DNA of 64,000 nt from an uncultured Rhodopirellula sp. (GCA_964007735.1 CAXGAI010000021.1:1-64000), one strand, 5' to 3'; positions 20,608 through 30,443 are shown, counted from the stretch's first letter. Notes: generated from the sequence alone by a model not told the origin. A program made the numbers and translations.

Positions 20608-22485
20608 CTACTTAGACAGTTGTATCATTTTCTGTAACTGAAGCTTGGCTTGCGTTGGAAAGCCTTTCACCTTCATCACACGATCAACTTCTTTTTGATA
20701 AGCCTCTAGAATCTGTTTACCTACAACCCCGTACTTACGAGCTAGTTGAAGGCCTTCAGCCTGAGATGGCTTAATTCTCTTGGTTGAATCAGAAGCCAAT
20801 TTGAAAACTGGCTCTAATTCTTTGAATTGACCTACCTGAGCAATTGCCGTGGACGCATCATGTATCTTTTCCAATGTCGATGCAGTGAGTTTAAGCAACT
20901 GGAGTCTAGCGACGGCAACTTTCTCGTAACTATTCGACATTAATCCTTTACGAATCGTCACCAGATCGGCGGACGGAATCCCTCCGTCGTTACCAGTTGC
21001 TGTTCCGGAACCAAATGGGTTCGCACCGCCCGCTGTCGGGTCCGTGCCGGGCCCCTCACCTGGCGTACCAAATGGAGAAGATTCCGGGGATGAGCCAAAT
21101 GGATCCGCACCGCCTGCTGCCGGATCCGTACCGGGACCGGCACCTGTTGTACCAAATGGCGAGGACTCCGGAGATGAACCGAATGGGTTTCCAGAATCCG
21201 TGCCGCCTTCATCAGAAGCCATTGCTCCTGCTGCCGAACTCCCAGCGCCTGGTATTTTACCTTCGATAAAGCTCTTCATTTCGCCAAATGCTCCCGAGGA
21301 ATTACTATCCGAGCCTTCCGAGCCTCCACTAAAAGGATTGAGCGAGCCAAAAATAGCGCCCAGCGTTCCGCCACCGGCCTTTTCTCGATTTGAATTATTC
21401 GCACCATCACCTGGGCTTCTTCCGCCGCCCGAAGGATCAGTACCGGGACTCGCACCTGGTGTACCAAATGGGTTATTACCACCCGCTGCCGGATCGGCAC
21501 CCCCAAGCGAGGGATCGCTGCCGGGACCAGCTCCAAAATTACCGCTGGCTGCCGGATCGGCACCCCCAAGCGAGGGATCGCCACCGGGACCAGCTCCAAA
21601 ATTACCGCTGGCTGCCGGATCTGTACCTGGACCGGCGCCATTGTTTCCGCCTGCGGTTGGATCGTCCATCATTCCAGCTCCCATACCTGAAGGATCACCG
21701 CCCATACCTGGCCCCATTCCCGGGCCAGACATTCCACTCATCATTCCAGACGTCCCCCCTGTGCCACCAGACTGAGTCGCACCGCCGCCAGTACCATTGG
21801 TAGACGCAGGATTTGATTGCGTTGTTGAAGTTCCATCATCGGCGACTCCTGCGGGCGCATCGTCACCCATCATCAAAAAGGCGGTCACGCCTCCACCAAT
21901 TAATAAAACCGCCCCGATTGAAATTCCGATCAGCATTCCTTTTTTACCGACACGAAATTTACTCTTCCCTTTTCCCTGGGAGGCGGCCGGCGTATTCCAT
22001 CCACTACCAGCCTGCATTCCCGGTGCTGCCGTTGGCATGCCACCTAGTGGATTTCCTCCGGGAGCCGCTGGAAACGCACCTCCTACTGGCAAACCTCCAA
22101 GCTGTCCCCCGGATGGTGGTGCAGCTGGCATCCCTCCCAACGGGTTGCCGGCCGGGGGCGTTGGAAGTCCACCACCGAGCGGGTTGCCGGCCGGGGGTGT
22201 TGGAAGTCCGCCACCGAGCGGATTGCCGGCCGGAGGCGTTGGAAGTCCGCCACCGAGCGGATTGGTTGGTGCTATAGGCTGTTGTGGCACCGGTTGCTGA
22301 GGTGCAGGCTGTTGTGAAATTGTCGGATTAGGTGTTTGCCTTGAAACCTGTGTTTGCGTCTTAGCCTGTGTGGCTGTGGGAATCACAAACTGATGGCCGC
22401 AACTACATTTAGACTTCTTTCCTGCTAAATGGTCCGGGACATTGAAAGGCTTAGCACAAGTTGGACATTTAAATGAAATAGTCAT
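20608..22485 (-). CDS. Zinc-ribbon, single-TM protein with Pro/Gly-rich and FG/NPF-rich low-complexity regions
   Basis: N-terminal CPTC..CSCG, NPLGGGLPTPPAG repeats, TM helix MLIGISIGAVLLIGGGVTAFLMM, long Gly/Ser/Pro/Asp region, helical C-terminal domain. Confidence 0.8.
   Translation of the reverse strand: MTISFKCPTCAKPFNVPDHLAGKKSKCSCGHQFVIPTATQAKTQTQVSRQTPNPTISQQPAPQQPVPQQPIAPTNPLGGGLPTPPAGNPLGGGLPTPPAGNPLGGGLPTPPAGNPLGGMPAAPPSGGQLGGLPVGGAFPAAPGGNPLGGMPTAAPGMQAGSGWNTPAASQGKGKSKFRVGKKGMLIGISIGAVLLIGGGVTAFLMMGDDAPAGVADDGTSTTQSNPASTNGTGGGATQSGGTGGTSGMMSGMSGPGMGPGMGGDPSGMGAGMMDDPTAGGNNGAGPGTDPAASGNFGAGPGGDPSLGGADPAASGNFGAGPGSDPSLGGADPAAGGNNPFGTPGASPGTDPSGGGRSPGDGANNSNREKAGGGTLGAIFGSLNPFSGGSEGSDSNSSGAFGEMKSFIEGKIPGAGSSAAGAMASDEGGTDSGNPFGSSPESSPFGTTGAGPGTDPAAGGADPFGSSPESSPFGTPGEGPGTDPTAGGANPFGSGTATGNDGGIPSADLVTIRKGLMSNSYEKVAVARLQLLKLTASTLEKIHDASTAIAQVGQFKELEPVFKLASDSTKRIKPSQAEGLQLARKYGVVGKQILEAYQKEVDRVMKVKGFPTQAKLQLQKMIQLSK
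21007..21189. repeat. About 84-bp (28 aa) degenerate tandem duplication inside CDS
   Basis: Peptide PFGSSPESSPFGT.G.GPGTDP.AGGA occurs twice; boundaries approximate. Confidence 0.75.
21485..21621. repeat. 63-bp tandem repeat x2 plus partial (21 aa unit DPAASGNFGAGPG.DPSLGGA)
   Basis: Units 21485-21547 and 21548-21610 nearly identical. Confidence 0.9.
22141..22264. repeat. 39-bp tandem repeat x3 plus partial (13 aa unit NPLGGGLPTPPAG)
   Basis: Units 22141-22179, 22180-22218, 22219-22257 differ only at synonymous sites. Confidence 0.9.
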
Positions 22486-22602
22486 TTCAGATTCCGGCTC
22501 CGGATAAACTCTCCACCGCTAGCAAACGGCTTTTATTTTCTATTCATAGTATACGCATACACAAGTTCTTACCAAAATAAGAACCATGCTAGAGTACTCG
22601 AC

Positions 22603-22643
22603 AATCATCTATAATTAATAGATGATTCGATGATTCGATGATT
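22603..22643. promoter_or_regulatory. Perfect dyad over a TATAAT box upstream of tupA, followed by GATGATTC repeats
   Basis: AATCATCTAT-N5-ATAGATGATT (22603-22627) contains TATAAT at 22610-22615; GATGATTC about 3 times at 22621-22643. Confidence 0.55.
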
Positions 22644-22696
22644 TCCGTTCCATCATTACGTCCTAAAACACTCCAGACTACCCCTAATCTTCTGTT

Positions 22697-23527
22697 ATGA
22701 ACTTCTGTAAACTCCTAAAACCGCTGGGCTATTTGAGTTTCTTTTTGATGTTCATGTACCTATCAGGGTGTAATCAAACCCTTCGTAACGGGCAACAGAA
22801 ACTGCGGATTGCCACAACAACCAGCCTTCGGGATTCTGGCTTACTCGACATATTAATTCCGGAATTTAGAGCGTCCTACCCCTGTGATATATCTGTTCTG
22901 GCTGTGGGTACAGGAGCGGCGTTAAGGTTGGGCCAACAAGGCGAAGTAGATTTACTGCTTGTTCATGCACCGACAGCGGAAGCTGAATTCATGGAAGGAA
23001 AACATGGGGATCTTCATCGACCTTTCATGAAGAATTATTTCCTCTTTCTAGGGCACCCAGACAAGTCCGCCGGATTAAAAAACCTTTCGATTTCCCAAGC
23101 TCTGAAAACAATCGCCCAAAACAATCTTGTCTTTGTCTCCCGTGGCGACGACAGCGGCACCCACAAAAAAGAACTGGAGCTATGGAGCCATTCTACATCC
23201 CGTCCGGAATTCGAATCTTATACCGAAACCGGACAAGGTATGGGCAACACCCTGATGATCGCCAGTGAATTACAAGCATTCACACTGTGCGATGCTGGAA
23301 CCTACCTCCGGTTTCAAGACAAAATCGACCTCCGACCTGTCACATCAAATCAGGAAATACTTGTGAACCGATACAGTGTCATCACCGTTGCGGCCGACAA
23401 AAATAATCAGATCAATACAGAAGCTGCACGAGAATTTTACCAGTTTCTAAATTCAGATCGAGCGGCAACACTGATTCAAAATTATCAACTCAATGGCAAG
23501 ACTCTTTTCACGCCATTAACCCCCTGA
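22697..23527 (+). CDS. tupA: Tungstate ABC transporter substrate-binding lipoprotein
   Basis: Lipobox LSGC; TupA signature ATTTSLRDSGLL, GTGAAL, VHAP, SRGDDSGTH, GQGMG. Confidence 0.9.
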   Translation: MNFCKLLKPLGYLSFFLMFMYLSGCNQTLRNGQQKLRIATTTSLRDSGLLDILIPEFRASYPCDISVLAVGTGAALRLGQQGEVDLLLVHAPTAEAEFMEGKHGDLHRPFMKNYFLFLGHPDKSAGLKNLSISQALKTIAQNNLVFVSRGDDSGTHKKELELWSHSTSRPEFESYTETGQGMGNTLMIASELQAFTLCDAGTYLRFQDKIDLRPVTSNQEILVNRYSVITVAADKNNQINTEAAREFYQFLNSDRAATLIQNYQLNGKTLFTPLTP

Positions 23528-23543
23528 GGCTTAAGCAATCGTC

Positions 23544-24239
23544 ATGGAAATGATTCTTAACGGAATCACCGAAGCAATCGAATTATTAGTGGGTGGAGAC
23601 TCACTGGTACTGGATGCCGCTTGGCGTAGTATTTGGGTTAGCACAACAGCAGTCATCATCGCCACCATTCTGGGAATCGCAATAGGAACATTCCTGGCAC
23701 GACATCGATTCCCCGGTCGAAGGTTTGTCGTCACTTTGTTCCGGGGAATGATGGGGGTCCCAACGGTCCTGATCGGGCTCATTGGCTATGCTCTTTTGGC
23801 GAGGCAGGGTCCCTTGGGAACTCTGGAATTACTCTACACTCCCTGGGGAATCGTGATGGGTGAAGTACTACTTGCGGTACCAATCATTACCAGCCTCACC
23901 CATGGCGGCGTCAAAAATCTGGACCCCCGAATTCCCGAAACCGCGTTACTGCTTGGTGTCGGACCATTGCAACGATGGAAAACCTATCTATCCGAAGCCC
24001 GACTGCCTATTATGCTCGCTATTTTAACTGCCTTTGCACGCTGTTTCACGGAACTTGGAATTGCGATGATGGTGGGTGGCAACCTCAAATTAAAAACACG
24101 AACGCTGGCGACATCGACAACTCTGGAAACCGCACGCGGTGAATTCTCTCGAGCCGTTGCCATGAGCCTGATTCTGCTGGCGATTGCAATCTGTATCACG
24201 CTCGTTATCGCTCTGGTCAGTCGGGAGGAAGAGGCATGA
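23544..24239 (+). CDS. tupB: Tungstate ABC transporter permease
   Basis: PTVLIGL, GPLG..ELLYTP, ELGIAMMVGGN..TRTL; follows tupA. Confidence 0.9.
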   Translation: MEMILNGITEAIELLVGGDSLVLDAAWRSIWVSTTAVIIATILGIAIGTFLARHRFPGRRFVVTLFRGMMGVPTVLIGLIGYALLARQGPLGTLELLYTPWGIVMGEVLLAVPIITSLTHGGVKNLDPRIPETALLLGVGPLQRWKTYLSEARLPIMLAILTAFARCFTELGIAMMVGGNLKLKTRTLATSTTLETARGEFSRAVAMSLILLAIAICITLVIALVSREEEA

Positions 24240-24823
24240 GCACACCTCTGCACATCCAAAACCTCCGTGTGAACCGCAAAAGCAAATGTATATGTTCACT
24301 CAACGAGCTAACCGCTGAACAAGGTGAGCGGATCAACGTTCTAGGCCTGAACGGTTCCGGGAAATCCACGCTTTTTCGAGTCATCGCCGGACTCGAGCAA
24401 AACTATCACGGCCAGGTTTTCCTTTCCCAACATCTCAAACCCATCGGATTCGTACAACAGAACCCTTATCTCTTTCGAGGTACGGTACGAAGCAACCTGC
24501 TGTATGGAGCACAGGGAAAGTCAATCTCCCACGCCGCTGAAAAAGCGGATGAGATTGCAGAGAAACTGGAACTAACGGCTCTTTTAGACCGGAACGTGAA
24601 GCATTTATCCGGTGGTGAACGTCGACGGGTTGCGTTAGGACGGACAATGATCCTCTCCCCAGCACTCCTGTTATTAGACGAACCCTTCGCCGATATGGAT
24701 CTTCCGGGGACTGCAGCAACCAGTGTCTACCTGAATTCCCTTGAAGAAACGACGATTCTTATCGCGACGCCGGCGCCACTACCTGAAATGCCGTTTTCCC
24801 CCCGCATCGTGACCATTGATTAG
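24236..24823 (+). CDS. tupC: ABC ATPase of tungstate transporter (short, atypical H-loop)
   Basis: Walker A GLNGSGKS, Q-loop, LSGGE, Walker B LLLLDE; ATGA overlap with tupB. Confidence 0.8.
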   Translation: MSTPLHIQNLRVNRKSKCICSLNELTAEQGERINVLGLNGSGKSTLFRVIAGLEQNYHGQVFLSQHLKPIGFVQQNPYLFRGTVRSNLLYGAQGKSISHAAEKADEIAEKLELTALLDRNVKHLSGGERRRVALGRTMILSPALLLLDEPFADMDLPGTAATSVYLNSLEETTILIATPAPLPEMPFSPRIVTID

Positions 24824-24832
24824 ACCTCGCAC

Positions 24833-24863
24833 TTACCAATCTACGTTGGTAATCGTCTATAAT
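24833..24863 (+). promoter_or_regulatory. Inverted repeat plus -10 box upstream of the large DUF1549/1553 gene
   Basis: TTACCAA-N6-TTGGTAA (24833-24852) followed by TATAAT (24858-24863). Confidence 0.4.
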
Positions 24864-24907
24864 GGAGACGTTAACACCCGACTTACCTCTCACTTTGCAT
24901 TTATTCC

Positions 24908-27900
24908 ATGAGAAGACTCGACCTTGTCAAATCCTCCATTTTGCTCGTTTTGGTCTTTTCGTTTGTTCCGGCTCTAAGTCACGCGCAATCAGACCTCCAA
25001 AAGCAGGAGTTCTTTGAGGCCAATATCCGACCGGTTTTGATTGAGCACTGCTACCAATGCCATAACAGCCATGGAACAAAAGAAGGAGATCTGGCCGTCG
25101 ACTTTAAGCAAGGTCTTTTAATTGGCGGTTTTAATGGTCCGGCGATCGACTTAACTGATGCGAATGGCAGTACTCTGCTTCAGGCGTTACGTCATGAAAA
25201 TGACTTGCGAATGCCAAAGGACGGCCCAAAACTTAGCAAACAAGTGATCACCAATTTCAAAAAATGGATTGAAGATGGTGCTTTCGACCCGCGTGATACC
25301 GCCCCAACAGCCAAAGAACTCGATGCTGTAATTTCGTGGGAAGCCGTTCGCGAACGGCGCTCGAAATGGTGGAGCTTCCAACCCGTCACTGACCCCAGCC
25401 CTCCTGAAGTCGGTTCCACATCAAATCACCCTGTCGATTTATTCATCCAGCAGCGACTACGAGACGAAGGCCTGCCAATCGCCGACCCGGCAAACCCCAT
25501 CACACTACTGCGACGTACAACCTTCGCTTTAACGGGTTTAGCACCAACAATCGAACAAATTGAGAAGTATGGTAAAGATTTAAGTGACGAGAAGTACGAA
25601 GCGTTAGTCGATGAGCTTCTGGCATCCCCAAGATTCGGAGAACGTTGGGCACGTCACTGGATGGATGTCATACGATTCACTGATTCACATGGAAGTGAAG
25701 GGGACCCGTCCATCCCGTTTACTTTTCGCTACCGCGACTATCTCATTCGAGCTTTCAATCAGGACATTTCCTATCTCCAATTGGTTCGCGAGCATATTGC
25801 AGGTGACTTGCTTGAAAAGCCTCGGTTTAATCAGGGAATGACTCTTAACGAATCCCTCATTGGCACCGGACACTACCGTTTTGTTCCCCATGGATTCTCA
25901 CCTGTAGACCCGGTCGCTGAGATGCTTACCTTCAATGACAATCAGGTGGATGTTGTCAGCAAAGCTTTCCTTGGTCTTACTATTTCTTGTGCTCGTTGCC
26001 ACAACCACAAATTCGATGCGATTAGTCAGGCAGACTATTTCCGCTTCTTTGGAATTTTTGACAACCTCCGTCCTGCCCTACGCTCGGCAGATACGCCAGA
26101 GGTCCTCGACCGAGACAAAGGGAAACTCACCAAACTAAAAAACGAAATCAAAGCCGGGCTAGCTCAAACGTGGTTGCAAACAGCAGATCAACTCCTCGGA
26201 TTATTGGGGCCTGACACGGCACAGCCGGAACTCTGGACCCAACAAATCGAAGCTGCCAAGGATAATGCAAACACCAGTCCACTTTATGAATTCCAACAAC
26301 TACGTGGACTGCAAGGTGATTCTCTGGGAGCTCGCTGGAAAGAACTTCAAGACGAATGGAAAGCGGCCAAACTAAAGGAAGACAACTTTTTTGCTCAGGA
26401 CTTAGGACAGCGCTGGGATCTGGGAGATCCGCAACAGGCTGCCGAATGGGTAAAGACCGGCAACGGCTCACTCCATGAGGTCAGTGCTCCCGGCATGTTT
26501 TCTGTCCTTGTCGATGGTGACCAAATTATTGACAACATCCATGAAGGTGGTATCTATACGCACGGCCTCTCGACCAGACACAATGGCATTCTGCAATCTC
26601 CGGAATTCCCGGTCGACTTTGAAAAAATGTGGTTCCGTTATTCGGGTGTGGGAGGAGTTCGAGGGCGTCCCGCAGTCGAAAACTACCCTCGCGTGCTGGG
26701 ACTACTCTATAACGGGAATGAGCCCAAAGGAATAACTCCTCAATGGCAACAACATGACATGGTCTTCTTCACGAACAACAGTGTTCACTTTGAATTAGCC
26801 ACGGCATATGACTTACCAATCGAACGGAAGTCTAATGACCGAAGTTGGTGGGGCATTACCGATTTTGTTGTTACCAAAGAAGGGCAGCAAGCCCCGTCTG
26901 CCACCCCCAATCGACTCGCGGCTCTGTACCACGGTGAAATCACCTCTCTGGATTCTATTATCAAAGCCTACAGAGACACTTTGAAGGCGGCGATTCGGGC
27001 CTGGACAAATAATACACTAAATGATCAACAGGCTCGTTTCCTCGGATTCTTCGTCCGCTCTAACCTACTTCCCAACCAGCTATCCGATAACTCTGAAATT
27101 GCGGCTCTGGTAAATCAGTATCGAGCAATTGATCAAACGCTGCCAATCCCAACACGAGTTCCCGGAGTCATCGACCGCCGCGGCGTTGACCATCCACTAT
27201 GGGTCCGTGGAAACCCTAAAACGGAGGGAAATAAAATACCACGTGGGTTCCTCGAAGTCTTTGGCAAGTCTCATTATGAAACCACCGGTAGTGGCCGTCT
27301 GGAGTTAGCAAAGGATTTAACGAACCCCGAAAACCCATTGGTTGGCCGGGTTATTACCAATCGTATTTGGCACTACCTGTTTGGACGGGGCATCGTTCCC
27401 ACACCAGACAACTTTGGCCGTCTGGGGCAAAAACCAAGTCATCCGCAATTGCTCGACTACCTGGTTCAATACATGGCCAAGCATCATTGGTCCTTCAAGC
27501 AAACCATAAAACATATCGTACTCAGTGATACCTTTCGGCAATCGAGCGTGAACGACAAAACCGATAGTGACCAGGCTTCTGTCATGCTGGCCCAGTTCCC
27601 CATCAATCGCCTGGACGCCGAGTCGATTCGGGATTCCATTCTGCAAAGTGCAGGTATTCTGGAAGATCGGATGTATGAAGGCAGTGCTGCTGGGGGAAGT
27701 AGTCGGCGCAGTATTTACGTTGTGATCGCACGTAACAATATTGATCCGTTCATGCGGACATTTGACTTTCCCGATCCAGCGACAACGATGGGGGCTCGCA
27801 ACACTACAAATGTGCCGGCGCAGTCACTGACTTTACTGAACAATGAACAGGTAATTAATCGCGCTAAACTCTTTGCCGATTCAGCATTCAACAACCAAGC

Positions 27901-28990
27901 TCTCGCCGAACCAGCCGATAAAATTAATCACATGTTCTTACGGGCTCTCTCCAGACCAGCAACCCCTCAGGAACTTGTCGCCAGTGAAGAGTTTATCAAC
28001 TCACTGATTCTTGACAATCAGGAACAAGCCAGTGAGGTCTCAGAACTCAATGACATGCTGGATAGCTTCCTGAAACAACGCAATGCAATTATTGAGCCAA
28101 TACGCAAACAGCTAATGGAAGAGGTCAAGAATGGAGACAAGCCTCAAGCTGAGGTTCCTCAGCCGCTTCATATCTGGAACTTCCGGGAGGGAGACGACGT
28201 ACTGAAGGATACTGTCAATGGTCTCAGGTTAAGCCTGCACAACGGAGCTCTGATTGAAGGCGGAGCACTTGCTCTCAAAGGTGGCAATGCCTATGCCCGT
28301 TCCGGTGCACTCACCAAAGATGTCGCGGAAAAAACGCTTTCTGCCGTCGTCCAACTCGACAATTTGGATCAAAAAGGTGGAGGTGTCATCAATATCCAAA
28401 CTACCAACGGTATCATTTTCGATGCCATCGTCTACGGAGAAAGGGACTCGCGTTTATGGATGCCTGGCAGTAATGGCTTTGCTCGTACAGAACACGTTGC
28501 CGGTCCTGCCGAAGAAGCTGCACTCACTCAGCCGGTACATCTTGCCATAACCTACAAAAAAGACGGTTCGATCGCCATGTTCCGTAATGGCGAACCTTAT
28601 GGCAAACCCTACGTGTCTTCCGGCTTACAGACCTATCAGGGTACCAACTCAATCATCAATCTCGGCCTGAGACATTCTCCTCCGGGTGGTAATCACAACC
28701 TGACTGGAAAAATTTTCCGGGCAGCGTTATATGATCAGATTCTTTCAGAAAATGCCATCAAAGGCCTGGCAACAGGCGAGAGCTTCTTTGTATCGGAAAA
28801 GCTAATTCGCGAAGCCTTGACAGAAACCCAATTGAATCAGATTGATGTATTGGCACAACAAATTGACAACCTGCAAAGTACACTAGCTGGCATGCGGAGG
28901 CCGGAGACAAATGTAACTCCAACCCGTCAGGCCTGGCATGATTTTGCCCAATCCCTGTTTAACCTTAAAGAATTCATCTTCATTCGGTAA
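24908..28990 (+). CDS. PSCyt1 + DUF1549 + DUF1553 protein with LamG/concanavalin-like domain
   Basis: Signal peptide; FFEANIRPVL..CYQCH; CARCHNHKFD; SGRLELA, NPLVGRVITNRIW; LamG-like VHLAITY..G..MFRNG; C-terminal NLKEF. Confidence 0.88.
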   Translation: MRRLDLVKSSILLVLVFSFVPALSHAQSDLQKQEFFEANIRPVLIEHCYQCHNSHGTKEGDLAVDFKQGLLIGGFNGPAIDLTDANGSTLLQALRHENDLRMPKDGPKLSKQVITNFKKWIEDGAFDPRDTAPTAKELDAVISWEAVRERRSKWWSFQPVTDPSPPEVGSTSNHPVDLFIQQRLRDEGLPIADPANPITLLRRTTFALTGLAPTIEQIEKYGKDLSDEKYEALVDELLASPRFGERWARHWMDVIRFTDSHGSEGDPSIPFTFRYRDYLIRAFNQDISYLQLVREHIAGDLLEKPRFNQGMTLNESLIGTGHYRFVPHGFSPVDPVAEMLTFNDNQVDVVSKAFLGLTISCARCHNHKFDAISQADYFRFFGIFDNLRPALRSADTPEVLDRDKGKLTKLKNEIKAGLAQTWLQTADQLLGLLGPDTAQPELWTQQIEAAKDNANTSPLYEFQQLRGLQGDSLGARWKELQDEWKAAKLKEDNFFAQDLGQRWDLGDPQQAAEWVKTGNGSLHEVSAPGMFSVLVDGDQIIDNIHEGGIYTHGLSTRHNGILQSPEFPVDFEKMWFRYSGVGGVRGRPAVENYPRVLGLLYNGNEPKGITPQWQQHDMVFFTNNSVHFELATAYDLPIERKSNDRSWWGITDFVVTKEGQQAPSATPNRLAALYHGEITSLDSIIKAYRDTLKAAIRAWTNNTLNDQQARFLGFFVRSNLLPNQLSDNSEIAALVNQYRAIDQTLPIPTRVPGVIDRRGVDHPLWVRGNPKTEGNKIPRGFLEVFGKSHYETTGSGRLELAKDLTNPENPLVGRVITNRIWHYLFGRGIVPTPDNFGRLGQKPSHPQLLDYLVQYMAKHHWSFKQTIKHIVLSDTFRQSSVNDKTDSDQASVMLAQFPINRLDAESIRDSILQSAGILEDRMYEGSAAGGSSRRSIYVVIARNNIDPFMRTFDFPDPATTMGARNTTNVPAQSLTLLNNEQVINRAKLFADSAFNNQALAEPADKINHMFLRALSRPATPQELVASEEFINSLILDNQEQASEVSELNDMLDSFLKQRNAIIEPIRKQLMEEVKNGDKPQAEVPQPLHIWNFREGDDVLKDTVNGLRLSLHNGALIEGGALALKGGNAYARSGALTKDVAEKTLSAVVQLDNLDQKGGGVINIQTTNGIIFDAIVYGERDSRLWMPGSNGFARTEHVAGPAEEAALTQPVHLAITYKKDGSIAMFRNGEPYGKPYVSSGLQTYQGTNSIINLGLRHSPPGGNHNLTGKIFRAALYDQILSENAIKGLATGESFFVSEKLIREALTETQLNQIDVLAQQIDNLQSTLAGMRRPETNVTPTRQAWHDFAQSLFNLKEFIFIR

Positions 28991-28995
28991 CTTAA

Positions 28996-30435
28996 ATGAC
29001 CATGCAAGCTCCACAAGGTTTTAGTCGACGACAGCTTCTATCCCGAACTTCCACAGGCTTCGGACTGGCTGCGTTCGCCGGCTTACTGGCTAAAGAAAAT
29101 TTCGCCGAGGCGGCGGACTCGCCGTTTGGTCCCCGAACTCCACATTTCGAACCGAAGGCCAAACACGTCATCTTTTGCTACATGTCCGGTGGGATGTCAC
29201 AGTGCGACACGTTCGATCACAAACCACGTTTGCAGGCGGAAGCTGGAAAACCCGTCCCTTTCAAAACAGAACGCACCCAGTTCAACAATAAAGGTACATT
29301 GATGCCTACACACTGGGAATTCAAAAAACGCGGCGAGAGTGGACTGGAAATAAGCGAATTATTCCCGCATTTAGCTACTTGTGCCGATGACCTGGCGATT
29401 GTGAAGTCGATGACAGCCGAGTTCAGCGAACATGCTCAGGGAAATTATTTTATGCATACAGGATTCCCCTTCCGCGGGTACCCAAGCGCTGGTGCATGGA
29501 TGACCTATGGGCTGGGAAGTGAGAACGAGAACTTACCTGGATTTGTTGTATTAAACAGCGGGGGTAGCGTACCTCCTCATGGTGGTGTTGGCCTTTTTAG
29601 TAATGGCTACCTACCAGCAATTCATCAGGCGTCCAGCATTACTCTCGACAAAGACCCTCCCGTTTCCAATATTATCCCTAAAGAAGCGGACCGCAGACAG
29701 CGCAAGCGTCTTAACTTCATCAGTAATCTCGACAACGGATTTCTCCAAAATACGGCTAATGATACGGATGTTGAATCTGCTATTCGAAACTATGAGATGG
29801 CTTACAAAATGCAGGCGGCCGTACCGGACATTGTTGACCTGTCCGCTGAGTCTGCAGCGACTTTTGAGATGTATGGAGTAAATGATCCGGACGTTAAGAA
29901 GGGCCATTATGCACGTCAGTGTATTCTGGCCCGGCGATTGATTGAAAAGGGAGTACGTTTCATCGAGCTATCCTGTCTCCAGTCAGGCGTCGGTGGTGGC
30001 GGTGCTGCCAACCCCTGGGACAACCATGGTGGCATCAAGGTCGGGCATGGTCGCATGGGCAATCAAGTTGACCAACCCATCGCAGCTCTGATTAAAGATC
30101 TAAAGCAGCGAGACCTTCTCAAAGACACTCTGATTGTTTTTGCCGGAGAGTTTGGACGAACGCCATTTGCACAGGGTAGCGACGGTCGCGACCATGACCC
30201 GTATGGATTCAGCATCTTTATGGCGGGTGGTGGAATCAAGGGCGGTGTCGAATACGGCAAGACCGACGAGTATGGTTATCACGTTGCAGAAAACAAAGCT
30301 ACTGTCTGGGACATGTGGGCAACTGCTCTACACCTGATGGGTATCAATCACATGGATCTGACTTACCGGTTCGGCGGACGTGACATGAGACTCACAGACG
30401 TCCACGGCAATGTTCTGCATGACATCATTACCTAA
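28996..30435 (+). CDS. DUF1501 family protein
   Basis: SRRQLLS twin-Arg; MSGGMSQCDTFDHKP, WDNH, GEFGRTP, GRDH. Confidence 0.9.
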   Translation: MTMQAPQGFSRRQLLSRTSTGFGLAAFAGLLAKENFAEAADSPFGPRTPHFEPKAKHVIFCYMSGGMSQCDTFDHKPRLQAEAGKPVPFKTERTQFNNKGTLMPTHWEFKKRGESGLEISELFPHLATCADDLAIVKSMTAEFSEHAQGNYFMHTGFPFRGYPSAGAWMTYGLGSENENLPGFVVLNSGGSVPPHGGVGLFSNGYLPAIHQASSITLDKDPPVSNIIPKEADRRQRKRLNFISNLDNGFLQNTANDTDVESAIRNYEMAYKMQAAVPDIVDLSAESAATFEMYGVNDPDVKKGHYARQCILARRLIEKGVRFIELSCLQSGVGGGGAANPWDNHGGIKVGHGRMGNQVDQPIAALIKDLKQRDLLKDTLIVFAGEFGRTPFAQGSDGRDHDPYGFSIFMAGGGIKGGVEYGKTDEYGYHVAENKATVWDMWATALHLMGINHMDLTYRFGGRDMRLTDVHGNVLHDIIT

Positions 30436-30443
30436 ACGGGCTC

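Noticed and set aside
21485..22264. Tandem repeats as a possible CRISPR array
   Set aside because: No unique spacers, unit lengths are multiples of 3, they sit in-frame within a CDS, and no cas genes are present
21044..22300. Long antisense ORFs (243, 167, 154, 137 aa) over the Gly/Pro-rich gene
   Set aside because: Shadow frames of GC-rich low-complexity repeats; no independent start signals or domain features
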